From Mobula hypostoma (Eukaryota), in assembly GCF_963921235.1 (NCBI RefSeq), contig NC_086108.1, positions 28,336,001 to 28,400,000 on the forward strand: a stretch of DNA of 64,000 nucleotides, given 5' to 3'. Every line of letters starts with the position of its first letter. Positions within the stretch are counted from its first letter, which is position 1. Position numbers and translations under genes: made by a program. This document shows positions 25,907 to 37,740 of the stretch, one piece after another. The notes below the pieces were generated by a model. The model was not told where the DNA came from and ran no database searches. It saw only the letters and a program-made list of their open reading frames with translations.

Positions 25907-28900
25907 TTAAGTCTGAAATGACATCTTTGCATTTACAATGGCCTTTGGACAATGTACCTGGACTTCTCAACTAACTCTGGGTTGTCGTCCTAAATGCACA
26001 GATCTAGCCCTTAGCAGATTACAAATTTCTAGGCTTATCCAGGCTTTCTGGCTCAGGGTGATCTGCTGAGTGAGCATCTAAGGCAGATCTTCCCATGGTG
26101 ATCTACTTCCCCACACAATTTGCACCTTGATCTCCTGACAGTCTTTGGTCTAAAGGCCCTCCCAGTGCAATTCATTCACATGATTACTTGGCACTGGTCT
26201 GCTAGATGTCCTGCTGCTTGTTGAAGTTATAGCACACTCTGGACTGTACTACATACACCATATACCTACGTACATCTTTCCCCAACTGTGAAAATAGATG
26301 ACAAGTAGATAATAATTCCCTTGTCAATGACTCTCTATGTGACCTTGACCTGGCATTTGCTCATCAAATCAAAGTAATTATTCACATTGATACAGTTTCC
26401 TGCTCCCTCAACAGATTGGGACAGGGAAGTGTGCACATCCTTGAAAGGAAATAAGGATTGAATGTGTGTATAGCGAATATACATTCTCTTCTTGTGGGAA
26501 AGGCAAAGAACAGCTGTCCTTCACCAGTAAAAGGTGGACTTAACTAGTATCAATAATTAAAATGCATCATAATCTCCCTTCTCTTATATTCTGTGCAATG
26601 GCTAATGAAGGTATGTATCCTTTATGTCTTTTTCACTATTTTATCTTCTTATGCAGTATCTTCAGGAATCCTTAACTTGCACACAAAGATTCCCCATTCA
26701 TCAATACTCCCATTCACTATTAGTCCTCTCAAAGTGTATTCCCTGAACTTATCAGAATTAAATTCCACCTGCCATTGTTTTGCCAATCTTAACAACTGAT
26801 CAATATTATCCTTCAATCTAAATTGACTTGTTAATATAAACAAAATTATTTTTGATAAGGCAGTCTAAACTTGCCCTTGGTAGCATGCATTTAAATTATA
26901 TATTCTTTTCAATAGGGTAGAAAAGGTTAAAGGTAGATTTAATTTTGGTTAAAATATTATGAAACAATTAAGTCTTTTTAATTGTGATGAGGAGAGTAAT
27001 TTTCTGGTCCAAAAGTGTAAGTGGTGGGGAGTCACGAATGTATAATTGATATTAGCAATAAGTAAAAATATTAGAAGCAATTCTTAAGGAAAAGCTTATG
27101 GACCACACAATAATTTGCATTGGAAGAGTGTTGATTCAGAGTCCATTGCATCTTTAAGAAAGCTTGAACTAATATCTGAAATAGAAAAGGTAAATGTTGT
27201 GGACAGTATGGCTTTCCCCTTAAATTATACGAGCAAAGAATTAGCACAGACCATTCAAATGGTCACTCACCGTGGTAGCAAGTGCTTAGGTCATTAAAAT
27301 GCTATTGCTGTTAATAATATAATAACTACTGGTAAATTATCATGAATTCGTTTTAGATGATATCTATAGAACACTAAAGTTATCATTGGTAATCTACACT
27401 AATGGTTTTAGGAAATAAACAGATAAATCATCGTTACTCATAAAAATGGCAAGACTGGTAAAGTTCACAAATTATTTTAGGTAACAAATTGAAATCAATA
27501 TTAGTGGATTGTTAAATTATTACTGGTATGTAAAAATAGCACTTTAAATAATGAACAATTAAAATACTTCTGGTAATGGAAATACTACTGAAAACAAACC
27601 CAGAAATGATTTTAAATAATGTAGATAAAACCTTCTTTAATGCAGATTATTTCCACAATACAACACTAAAGTTACAATTAGCGAGCATGCAATGACTCTA
27701 CTTAACGTAGACAGGCTAAGTCGAATGTCATCTGCAAGGTTCGAGAGGCCGCCTATGATATCATGATGTCAAGAAATGACCTGAAATTGTCCTGAAAATT
27801 GATTTTGATACGAGAGAATGTGCAGAGAGAGAGAGAGAAAAAAATCCTTCGTTATTGTAGACTTAACCGGACCAAGTCAAAGTGAAAGAAAACTGAGGAT
27901 ATGCCACATTTGTGGGCACTATAAACGCTGGGTTAAATCCGTACTGCATGGGAAAGTGAATCGTTTAAGTTTATCTTTCTAATGTAATAAAATCAGTAAT
28001 AATACTATATTTTCCAAAATTAACATCTAAATAGAATCTTGGAATTGGGGGTTGGGTTGTTCTAATTCGCCGTGTTGTGTAAATGGTCGCAATTAACGGA
28101 AATTTGAACCTAGTAGCAGCGAAGCGGGAATAAATCTTGATGGGTCAAAACGCCAGCAGCTAAAGGAAGAATAAACCACTCACTCCCTGAGCTCTGGTAA
28201 TGGGATCATTGCAAGCAGTATTTATTCTCTCCGAAATTCGCCAACTGAAGTGTGAGAAAGCAGTGGAAAAGCTCGTTGCATATCTCGTGTGTTTGTCGCA
28301 ATGGTTCTTCTGTAAGCTATGTTAGTCATTATCCAAGCATTGACCTGGTCCGGGGGAATTAGACATGATAAGCAGCTCAGGGTAGGTGGGATTTATGCAT
28401 CACCTCGAAAACTTGTGGTTTTTTTTCTCCGATTTAACCATTAAAAGTTAGCCGTAAATGTTTATTAAAGCCCATTAGTTGTGTATGTGCGTAGGTGGCT
28501 TGCCGTAGCGCAGTGAGTTCAGTGCATCGCAAATACGTCCTTTCGAAATACTTCAGGGGCTGCTAGCTATCCTGCAGTGTCTGATCCAGGAATCCATTCA
28601 GATCCGCAGGCTTAGAGTTGATATCAAGGGGCAGCTGTTAGATGTTTGAAACTGGACTGAGCAAGTGGGCTGGTGGGTAGACTTCCGGATGCAAATCAGT
28701 AAGTATCTTTTCATAGGACGAAAGGATCGGCTTCAATGTTGTGAATTGTTATCAACTGTGCTTAGAAAGGCGTTTTGCAGAAGAAAGAAATGGAAACAGG
28801 TTCAGCGCTTCAAATGCCAGTGTTATACTAAATCAGGCACATGAATTTACCTAAGATCTTGTTCTGAATTGTCTGCATTCATGTGAATGTGTTACTATCG

Positions 28901-31900
28901 TGACATACAGATGTGTGATTCTGTGTGTTGTTGGGATTGCTGAGCAGCAATGTAAAGCAATCTTCACCGTGTGGGATTATCTGCTTCTCCCAGCGTTTAT
29001 AGGAACGTGTGTATTCATGGCAAATTATTATTTCCGTGTTCACCATTAAGTTTTCTTTCTTACTGGTGTTTCTGTGCATTTGGCTAATGAGCTACATTTC
29101 AGTGTGAATGGATTAATATTAAAGTTACCTTTTAATTGCTTGTTTCTGGATTGATTAGAAACGATTGTATTTTATGTCCTGTTTTGAAACGTGGAAGTTA
29201 AGACATTCACTCAGATCGTATTAGAACTAAAACATATAATGCTTATGTCAGTCTAGTTCTCTAGCAGTTCTGCAATTTCAGAATAGGTTGTTTCTTTTAA
29301 GTTTGTGTTGAGGACGTTCTATGCTAAAACGTTCACAAAGTTTAAGAAAAACTTTAAAACAAATTAGATTCAATGGTTTATGTTAAAATTCCAGTCGTTT
29401 CTTGAAGCAGAGTAGGCTAGGGACTGCGAAATTAATGTAGACGATGCTGGAAGCACGGAGCACGTGTTTCCACGTCTTTGAAAATAACAACATTGTGCTT
29501 TAGGTTGAAGATATTTTGTCACAATTCAAGGCAAAGCCCTTTGGATAAGGCCGGCAATTCTTACGGAAGTTGTTCCATCTGAAATGTTAACTTTGTTTCC
29601 TTCCCCGTGGATGTTGCCTGATCTTTTGGACATTTCGAACATTCTCTGTTTTTACTTCAGGTTGCCTGCATCTGCAGTTATTTTTGTGTGTGTGACTGTG
29701 ATTTGTTAAAATGGGGATTACTTCAAAATCTGCTTATGCAACACCGTGGACTCCTACATTTCGATTTTCAAATAAAATTCACCACGCTATTTCCTCTACT
29801 GCTCCCACCCCCCATCACACGATTGATCCTAACTTTTCACTTTTTCAGTCCCGTGTCTTCCGTTCCCATATTTTAGCCGTGAGCCCCTACATTTCTAGAA
29901 AAGCTTTTGGTAAACAGGAAATGGATCGTGCAATCTACGTAAGGGGCTTGGGAATTTAATCTTTGATCACAGCAATGCCTCATTCTCTCTGCAGTGAGGA
30001 CGCAGTTCAGTTTGTTAGATGATGTCTTGACGTTGATTGCATTTCTGTATGTATACCTGAGAGGGTTTAGTTTCAAAATGTAGCGGCCGTGCTCTCCTTT
30101 CCCAAAGGCAGGTGTGCGTTTGCGGCGGTTCATCCTTGAAACTCTCAGCATCTCCCAGATTGATTCTTCTATAATATGTTTCCAAATTAATCTTTGCTAG
30201 ATACTTTATCGATTGTGTTTCATTCTGACGAACGATCAATGAATTCAATGGAAATCAATTCTTTCGCTGATTTAATACGTGGGACAAGCAGGCCTGTGAA
30301 AGATTCTCCCTGGATTCGTTTTGTTGAGTATTCACACCTTTTGGGGACAGTTTTACAATTTACACAAGCGCACACCATTCCAACATGTTTATTTAGGATA
30401 TTTGAAATACTACCCGAACGTTTTAATTGGATTCAGCAGGGCAGGGAACATCTGTAGAAGGAGAAGCAGTCAACTTTTCGGATGAAAAACCCTTCGTGGG
30501 ATTGTAGATAGCACATGACTCGAGTGCGAATATGTACCTTTGATCTGGTCTGCAGTTAACGGCCGCACAATGAGGCGATTTTGGGAAACATTGTAAGACT
30601 GGATAAAGTCAAAGGAGGAATATCAATTACTGAAAGATTTTAACTTCATGGCATTTCATTTAAAAAAACAAAGGTAGCGGATTTATAAAGAATTTCTTCT
30701 TTGCATACGTAGACAAGGAAGTAACAGCTCCACACAGACGAATCAGTTTGTTGCTGAAATTAAAGTTGGCGTTGAGAGTCCTCGCGATATTATTATATCA
30801 GCTGCAAATCGCAAGATAGAAATATGCATAGTTAAGGACGTAGTAGACTTGGGTAATTATCTTATGTTCCTCGCGACTTTTCCTTACAGGTGATTTATGC
30901 TGCAGTTTTTCTTCCAGGAGTAGTCTTGTAAACCCAACGTTACGGTGGGAAATTTGAATAATGCAGTCTGTCTCGTGCACACTGTAATTAAAGCAATGGA
31001 GGTGAATAATGTAATTTTGTATGCAAAACTGGGAATCCAAAATAAAAATCGAATCACATACATGAAATAACCGCGTGGGCATCCAGCAATAGTTATGGAG
31101 AAGCGACTCTCAGGGGACGTGAAATGGGAGTCATTGCGAGAGAACCTGGTGTGCCAAAGCAGATTGGGGGTTCAGTGAAAAAGTAGCTAGTGTGATAACG
31201 AGGAATTAATTAAACCAAAAATAGAAAACGCCGGAAAAGCACAGCGTGTCAACATGTTGAAAGTATCTCGACATAAAACGTAAACACTTGTTTTCTCCAG
31301 CACATTGTTTTTTTTTTCAGATGACCAAGATATGCACCTTTTTAAATATTACAGTTAAGATGTGATCCAGTCAAACCAAAAAAAACTCTTATACAAGTTT
31401 ATAAACATAATGAAAAAGTGCATTTTTTTGCCACGTAGACAGCGTAGCTGGAGATTTATATGCAACTGTGTGCACAAGTTGGTGAGGCCAGAAAGGAGAG
31501 AGAAGAGAATTAGCAGAATAGAGCGAGGATTGAGTGACCACGTAACATGGAGAGATTGGGGTTGTACTTCTGCGGGCAGAGAAGATTAAGGGGGAGGTCT
31601 TTCTGAGGGGCTAAAATCATGAAGGTAGATAAGGAGAAGGTGGTTCGGTTGGCAGTAGAGACAAGTCATGCGGTATTTGTTGTCAAGTGCGCAGGTGGGG
31701 TAAGTTAGAGAACACTTGCTGATGTTTGGGATAGGGTTGAGCAGGACTATCTGCGCGAAGAACCTGATGATCTTAGCAACGCAGTTGCTCCTGAACCGAG
31801 TGATGTTAAGTCGGCTTAAGTTGACTGGTGTGACAGCAAGAGGAGAAGTGAGGAAGACGTACTTGACATGGAGAGTCCTGACCTGCGGACTCGAGGCGGA

Positions 31901-31935
31901 GAATCAGCAGAAACTTTCAAATGGGATGGGATATA

Positions 31936-31964
31936 CAGTGCTGTGCAAAAATCTTAGGGACACT

Positions 31965-32004
<40 letters not shown>

Positions 32005-32472
32005 ACCTAAGACCTTTGCATAATCCTGTAGCAAATTTATGTATTGCACCATACTACTGCCGAAAAAAAAACAAATTTCATGGCATATCTGATTGTTGTT
32101 AAACCTGATTTTGCTATAGGTCTTTACTGTGGACTGAGAGTGCGAAGGGGCTGGGAGAGGGGAATCATGGTTGGGAAAAGGGAAAGAGAGAGGGGGGAGA
32201 GCGAGAAGCATCAGAGAGACATTCTATAATGATCACTAAACCAATTGTTTGGAATCAAATGACCTTCCCTAGTATCTCAGGGCTGGGTGTGTCTGCACCC
32301 ATGCCAACCCCCAACCCTGGCACTCCTCTGCCACCTGTCCGACACCCCTACCGCAGCACCTCATCCTCGCCATTCCTAACATCCTTTGCTCCCACCAGAT
32401 TTATAAACTCGCTCTCCGCTCCACGTTGACAACTACAGTGCTCAGCAAAAGTCTTAGGCACCCTAGCTATAC

Positions 32473-32539
<67 letters not shown>

Positions 32540-32574
32540 TATATATACATGCCTAATACTTTTGCATAGTACTA
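31936..32574 (+). mobile_element. Composite repeat with Tc1-like mini-hairpins at both ends, copy 2
   Basis: TA-CAGTGCTGTGCAAAAATCTTAGG-(TG)n-CCTAAGACCTTTGCA, then a body homologous to copy 1, then TA-CAGTGCTCAGCAAAAGTCTTAGGCA-(TA/TACA)n-TGCCTAATACTTTTGCATAGTAC. Confidence 0.78.
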
Positions 32575-33041
32575 TATCCTAGCATGGAAATATTATAATG
32601 TTCTTGCGAGAAGACTGAGATAGATGCAACCACCCAGTGAATTACCACCAACGAGATGGGCCTATTTCCACCTCAATACTGTATAATTCTGTGAAACGCG
32701 CATCATAAAGCGAATACAAAGAAAAACATTGTGATGGGAAGGTCTCCTGCGAAAGCTTCTGTATATCGAGCAAACTGTATTTGGGAACTACATAGCTGAA
32801 CGCCTCAAACATCGCCATATATACTAAGTTAATGACAACACTTAAATTTCAGGAGGAAGGGAAAAGCATCCATAGTTCAACATTACTGATGAAACAGTCC
32901 TCTGTTTATGTAATCGTTCGCTCCATTATTGACATTCCAAGGCTTTGGTAGGCCGCCCCGTCGATTTCCATTTGGGAATCCAATCCTTTAAGATGGCTAG
33001 CATCTTGATGAGATCGACAAGGTTTGCCAATTTATCAGGTC

Positions 33042-34151
33042 TTAACCACTCGCGCCATCACAACCTGCAGACTCCCCACAGACAACGGAACGATTGGTCG
33101 AATGTTCATCGTATGCCCTAGTACATTCCAAGCATCATCCTTCCTCTGTTACATCTTTCAACTTCGAATCTCATGGCCAATCCAATCCATTGTGATATCT
33201 GCAATCAAACTGCAAATGTCTTCTATCATTGAAAACACTTGCTCCTTATCTACCCCTTACGTTTCTGCTGGTATCTTTAATTCCACTCCACAGGTCTCCT
33301 CGACCATTGGCGAGCACAGCACACCCGGTAACAATCTCTTCTGTAATCCAGTCTCCGAATTGTCAGGTCTTGGTTGGAGGCTTTGGTTGCGATTGCTTCT
33401 ATGTACACACTGAACAACACAGCTCACAATCACCCTTCTTGTTGGTCGTTGATCTAACTTCCTGAACTACCACCTTCATTTTTGTCCTGCCGCGTTGCGT
33501 ATTTTATTGGCAACTATCTCTCCACGGCATACCAATTGTGGGGTAATGTTAGCTCATCTCAGTTCGCTCTGCTTAAACAAAATGTAAATGAAACTGAATA
33601 CTTCTGCATAATGTTCCTTAATTTTCTGGATTCATCCTTATTATCCGAGATATATTTTGCCCACTCGTGCTGTGAGCGTTTCTTAAACTAGAATAGTTAA
33701 TGGACAAGCTTTGGGACAATCCAAAAAATTGAGAATTAAAATGACTCATGCTGACGCGTATGACAAGAAGGTGGAATGTGGGATTAAATTAAGACAATCG
33801 AAGAAAAGCAACGTTGACTAAACTGAAAAAGGAACCGGAGACTGGATTACAGAGGAGATTGTTACCGGGTGTGCTGTGCTCGCCAATGGTCGAGGAGACT
33901 TGTGGTGTGGAATTAAAGATACCAGCAGAAACGTAAGGGGTAGGTAAGGAAGAAGCGTTTTCAATGATAGAAGGCATTTGCAGTTTGATTGCAGATATCA
34001 CATTGGATTGGATTGGCCATGAGATTCGAAGTTGAAAGATGTAACAGAGGAAGGATGATGCTTGGAATGTACTAGGGCATATGATAAACATTCGACCAAT
34101 CGTTCCGTTGTCTGTGGGGAGTCTGCAGGTTGTGATGGTGTGAGTGGTTAA
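33042..34151. repeat. Long inverted repeat: 316-bp arms (33042-33357, 33836-34151), 478-bp spacer
   Basis: The arms are ungapped reverse complements with about 13 mismatches by hand count. Also visible as the near-identical ORFs 33024-33413(+) and 33789-34205(-). Confidence 0.95.
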
Positions 34152-35709
34152 ACTGCACCACCTCCCTGATCTAGCCCTGTACCCCAGCAGACTATAGGTC
34201 TTCAAATGGTCCTCCGTGCATCTATTAAATGTTAAAGATCTCTATCTCTATCATCTTTCGGATGATTTCCAGACCCCCAATTGTACTTTGGGTGAAAAAC
34301 TATAATTCCCCAGTTGACCCCTAATCCTTTGGCCAAGTACTTTAAATTTAATCCGTAATTGGCTTTCGTTCATCCCGTCAGTCACCCATTCTCACTCGCC
34401 CTAGACCAACCCAAATCAAAAATTATTCTCCCCACGTTTTCATCAAGTCCCACCCGATTCGACCGCTCACTTAACACCAATCCAAATATTTCTGAGATCT
34501 GAGAAACCCACGCTGTCACAACGTCCAAACTCCAGACTGAGAGCACCTGATGTCTCTGCTGCTGCGAAACAGCAACTCTACCACTGCGCCACTGTGCCGC
34601 CCAAAAGTTGGGTGGGAATTACAGATCTTACCAGACAGGATCTGAGCTAGAACCTCACAGTGGTCTTCTGGTGGGCGAAACAAACCTTAAATAGAAGGCA
34701 AATCATTTCAACCCAGCAGCACGAAATTAGTAACGCAATCGGAGCTGTCCAACTGCATTTTGCAGCTTTAAAGGCAATGAAATTTCTGCTATTACTCGAA
34801 CTCTCTCTGAACCTTATATTCTTCTCAGTGTTGATAACTTAATTATCAAACACGTGCCCGGGTTGTTACAAACCGGTGCAATACCTATCCGGATACTGTA
34901 AGGAATATAAACCAAGTACAATATCTTAATTTGTAAAGTATTTCTCGGTATTGTTAATGCGGCATGTACTGTATAATCTCGCAGTAGTAATTGTCCGGGT
35001 GTGCCGGATTATATTGTTTATGTGGATAGCCAAAATAAATGGACCCTATCATGCTCTGATAGCAAAGCACAATCTTATCTTTTTGAAATATTTGAATTTG
35101 TAAGTGGTCTCAACTTTTACAGTTTTTAACAAGTAATAAATCTGAGAATTTACATCCAAATAGCAAATCAATTTATTACCATTACTATCCATTGTAAATA
35201 TCTATTCTTTCTTTAATGTGCAAAAAAATCAGAAGACGATTAGCACAATGTTTAATGAAATGGACCTCGGTGAAGTAGTGAGACGTTGGGACAATGGAGT
35301 GAATGCTTGCCCAGATTGATAGGGGATTTTGGAGGGGGGGGGATATAGAGATTGAGAAGAAGGAAATGCCGGTATGTGGAGCCTATAGCAGATCAAAGGG
35401 TGGCTTATTCCAGTGGAACGAAGGATCGGAGGTTGCACAAGAGATGCGAAGGATGATTGTTGGGAGGACTGGGTAGTGGTGAATGGGAAGTCCGGGGTAT
35501 GTTGCAGATATTGGTAAAGGGACTTTGAAAGAATGTATATAAGCGGAGATGGGCGTGACAAGTGAACTGTATTTGGAGCTCAGTGGGCTTCAGTCTACTG
35601 AATATAAATGCTTACAGTTTGTGGCCGATGGTGGTATAGTTGTTCGGAGGTAGCAAAGGCATGCACTGGCCTTTGACGTAAGCAGAAGCAGTGTTGCGTA
35701 ATGTTGCCA

Positions 35710-36370
35710 AGATGAGCACAGATATGACTTGCCATGTAATTCTACAGCACCATGGAAACCGGCTTTTCGGCCCATCTCATCCATGCAGACCAATGTGCCT
35801 TCCTGAGCTAGTTCCATTTGCCTACATTGGGCTCACATTTATATAAACCTTTCCGTTTATAACCTTAACTGTCCAAATATCTTTTAACGAGTAAATCTGT
35901 ACTAGTCTGTGCTGCTCCTTCCACATAACCAGCACACCATTGGAAAACCCTAACCCTCGGGTCCAATTTAAAATTTTCCCTTCTCTCCTCAAACCTATGC
36001 CCTCGAGATTTAGACTCTCCTACCTGGGAAAAAAGAGCAGCCACCTGATCGGTGATCCTACATGATTTTATAGATCTCGGCTTCCTTTGCTCCGGAGAGA
36101 AGTTCCAGCGTATCCAGTATCTTATTATTCAAGCGCCCCAGTCCCAGAAACATCCTTATATTTTTTTTTTGCGCCGTCGCTATCTTTATCACAGAACTGC
36201 GCGGAATATTTCAGGTCGTGTACAGCCAGCCGCAACAACTCTTATACTCCGTACCCCGTTTGATGAAGGCGTGAGTACCACCATGTCTACCTGTGCGCCA
36301 ATTTCAAGCAACTGTGCATTTGTAACCCAGAGTCTCTACAAGTTCCCAGCAATGAACCGATTATGTATCT
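35710..36370 (-). mobile_element. Heavily decayed CR1 3' fragment
   Basis: Recognisable reverse CR1 tail (ACAGCACCATGGAAACCGGCTTTTCGGCCCATC..CCATGCAGACC) followed by ORF2 remnants. Confidence 0.55.
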
Positions 36371-36374
36371 TTAG

Positions 36375-36472
36375 CAACATATACAAAATGCTGGAGGAAC
36401 TCAGCAGGTCAGGCAGCAGCCATGGAAATGAACAGATAGCAGACGTTTTGGGCCGAGACCCTTCTTCAAGAT
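36375..36472 (-). mobile_element. Penelope-type terminal repeat copy
   Basis: AAAATGCTGGAGGAACTCAGCAGGTCAGGCAGCA..GACGTTTTGGGCCGAGACCCTTCTTCA. Confidence 0.75.
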
Positions 36473-37249
36473 TATACATGTATCTATAGGACCAGATTGT
36501 GATCAACAGAGTGTTAGGCCTTCAATGAGGTTCTAGCTGAGACATTGAGCTGCGAGCCAGACTTGATGGCAAGGGCATAGGCAACGTGCCGGGAGCTTGT
36601 ATATTGTGAAACTTGGATGGACAAGAGAGGTGCAGCAGATCCGGATAGAGATTAATACAATCACGGTGCTTATGAAAGTGGAGCTCATGCCTTCGGACCA
36701 ACAACAACCCTAAGCAGTGACATCTCCAAAGATGTTTCACAACTGGATCATTAAAGAACAAAAGAAACATTAAAACATTCAATTAAGCATGACAGAGGCA
36801 GCACGGTGCAGAACTTTACGGCTGTTGGAAAGGTGGAGAATCTGGAAAATGTGAAGAAGGTATCTCAGGGCTAACTTGGCCAAGAGTGGACAAACAAGGA
36901 GTACACGTGAACGGCCTGGAGTGGAAGAAGACGCGACAGTCAAATGTCGATACCACGGAAGTAAACCATAGGAATAAGGAAAGAGATCACTGTCATAGAT
37001 ATTTCTGCCACAATTGGATCGGCAGTGCTGCTGCCTTCTAGGCTGGTGGAACTTAACTATTTGGTTAGTCCAGTGACTGTTAAAACCAGGGGGAAAAAGT
37101 GGCGTAAGATCAGACTGACAGTATTCAGAACATAAAACTCGATTCTACACGGTACAAACATTGGATGATGGGCGCGGGTCTGCTACCTGCTCTTGCCACA
37201 ACCATAAATATAGGGCCATGCTTTCTGTGCCAAAATTCGGGAGTGGAAT

Positions 37250-37664
37250 CGTATGGTGCGTCGAAGTATACTGCGGCTTTAATTAGTTCCACTGAGTGAA
37301 AGGAACCCGAGGTGGTGCATTGATTATAATGACGCACCTATTTATGGAGATCCCGCCCATCGAAGCCCAATTATTTCCGCTTATGGCAAAGTCGCGCCTC
37401 CAGAGGGGGCATCCTCAGTGCCTGATTGGCAGGTGGGAGTCGGTGATGTCATGAAGTGTTGGACTGACTGTATGATAGCGATCTTGGATGTGTCAGTGAG
37501 TAGGGAATCCCGCATCAGCCCCAGCGACCGAGGCAGTAGATATATTTATTAATATCTACACGGATCGGCGTGCAACACGGGCCGGAGTTATATTGTGTAC
37601 ATTTATTTTATTGTATGTATTTTTTCTGTTCTCTGTTGGGGGAGGGGAGAATTTCGGTTTGAGA
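37250..37664 (+). promoter_or_regulatory. Putative lhx4 proximal promoter and 5' UTR
   Basis: CpG-rich and repeat-free, directly upstream of the ATG. GC box CCCGCCC 37352-37358, CTCF-like CCTCCAGAGGGGGC 37397-37410, reverse CCAAT (ATTGG) 37425-37429, several TAAT cores. The transcription start cannot be determined. Confidence 0.65.
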
Positions 37665-37740
37665 ATGATGCAAAGTGCGGCGGTCGCCACAGAGAGTCCT
37701 GGGAAAGGAGTTCAGGAGCTGTTGGGAGTCACAGTGCAAC
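37665..37740 (+). CDS. lhx4: LIM/homeobox protein Lhx4, coding exon 1 (MMQSAAVATESPGKGVQELLGVTVQ + 1 nt)
   Basis: ATG at 37665, 76 nt, GTAAGG donor at 37741 (phase 1). The peptide resembles the vertebrate Lhx4 N-terminus as I recall it ([26 protein letters not shown]) and splices in frame to exon 2 (C|AG = Gln). Confidence 0.93.

Noticed and set aside
33024..34205. Two paralogous ~130-aa protein genes in opposite orientation
   Set aside because: The similarity is just the DNA inverted repeat. There is no recognisable domain, and the ORF ends outside the arms are unrelated.
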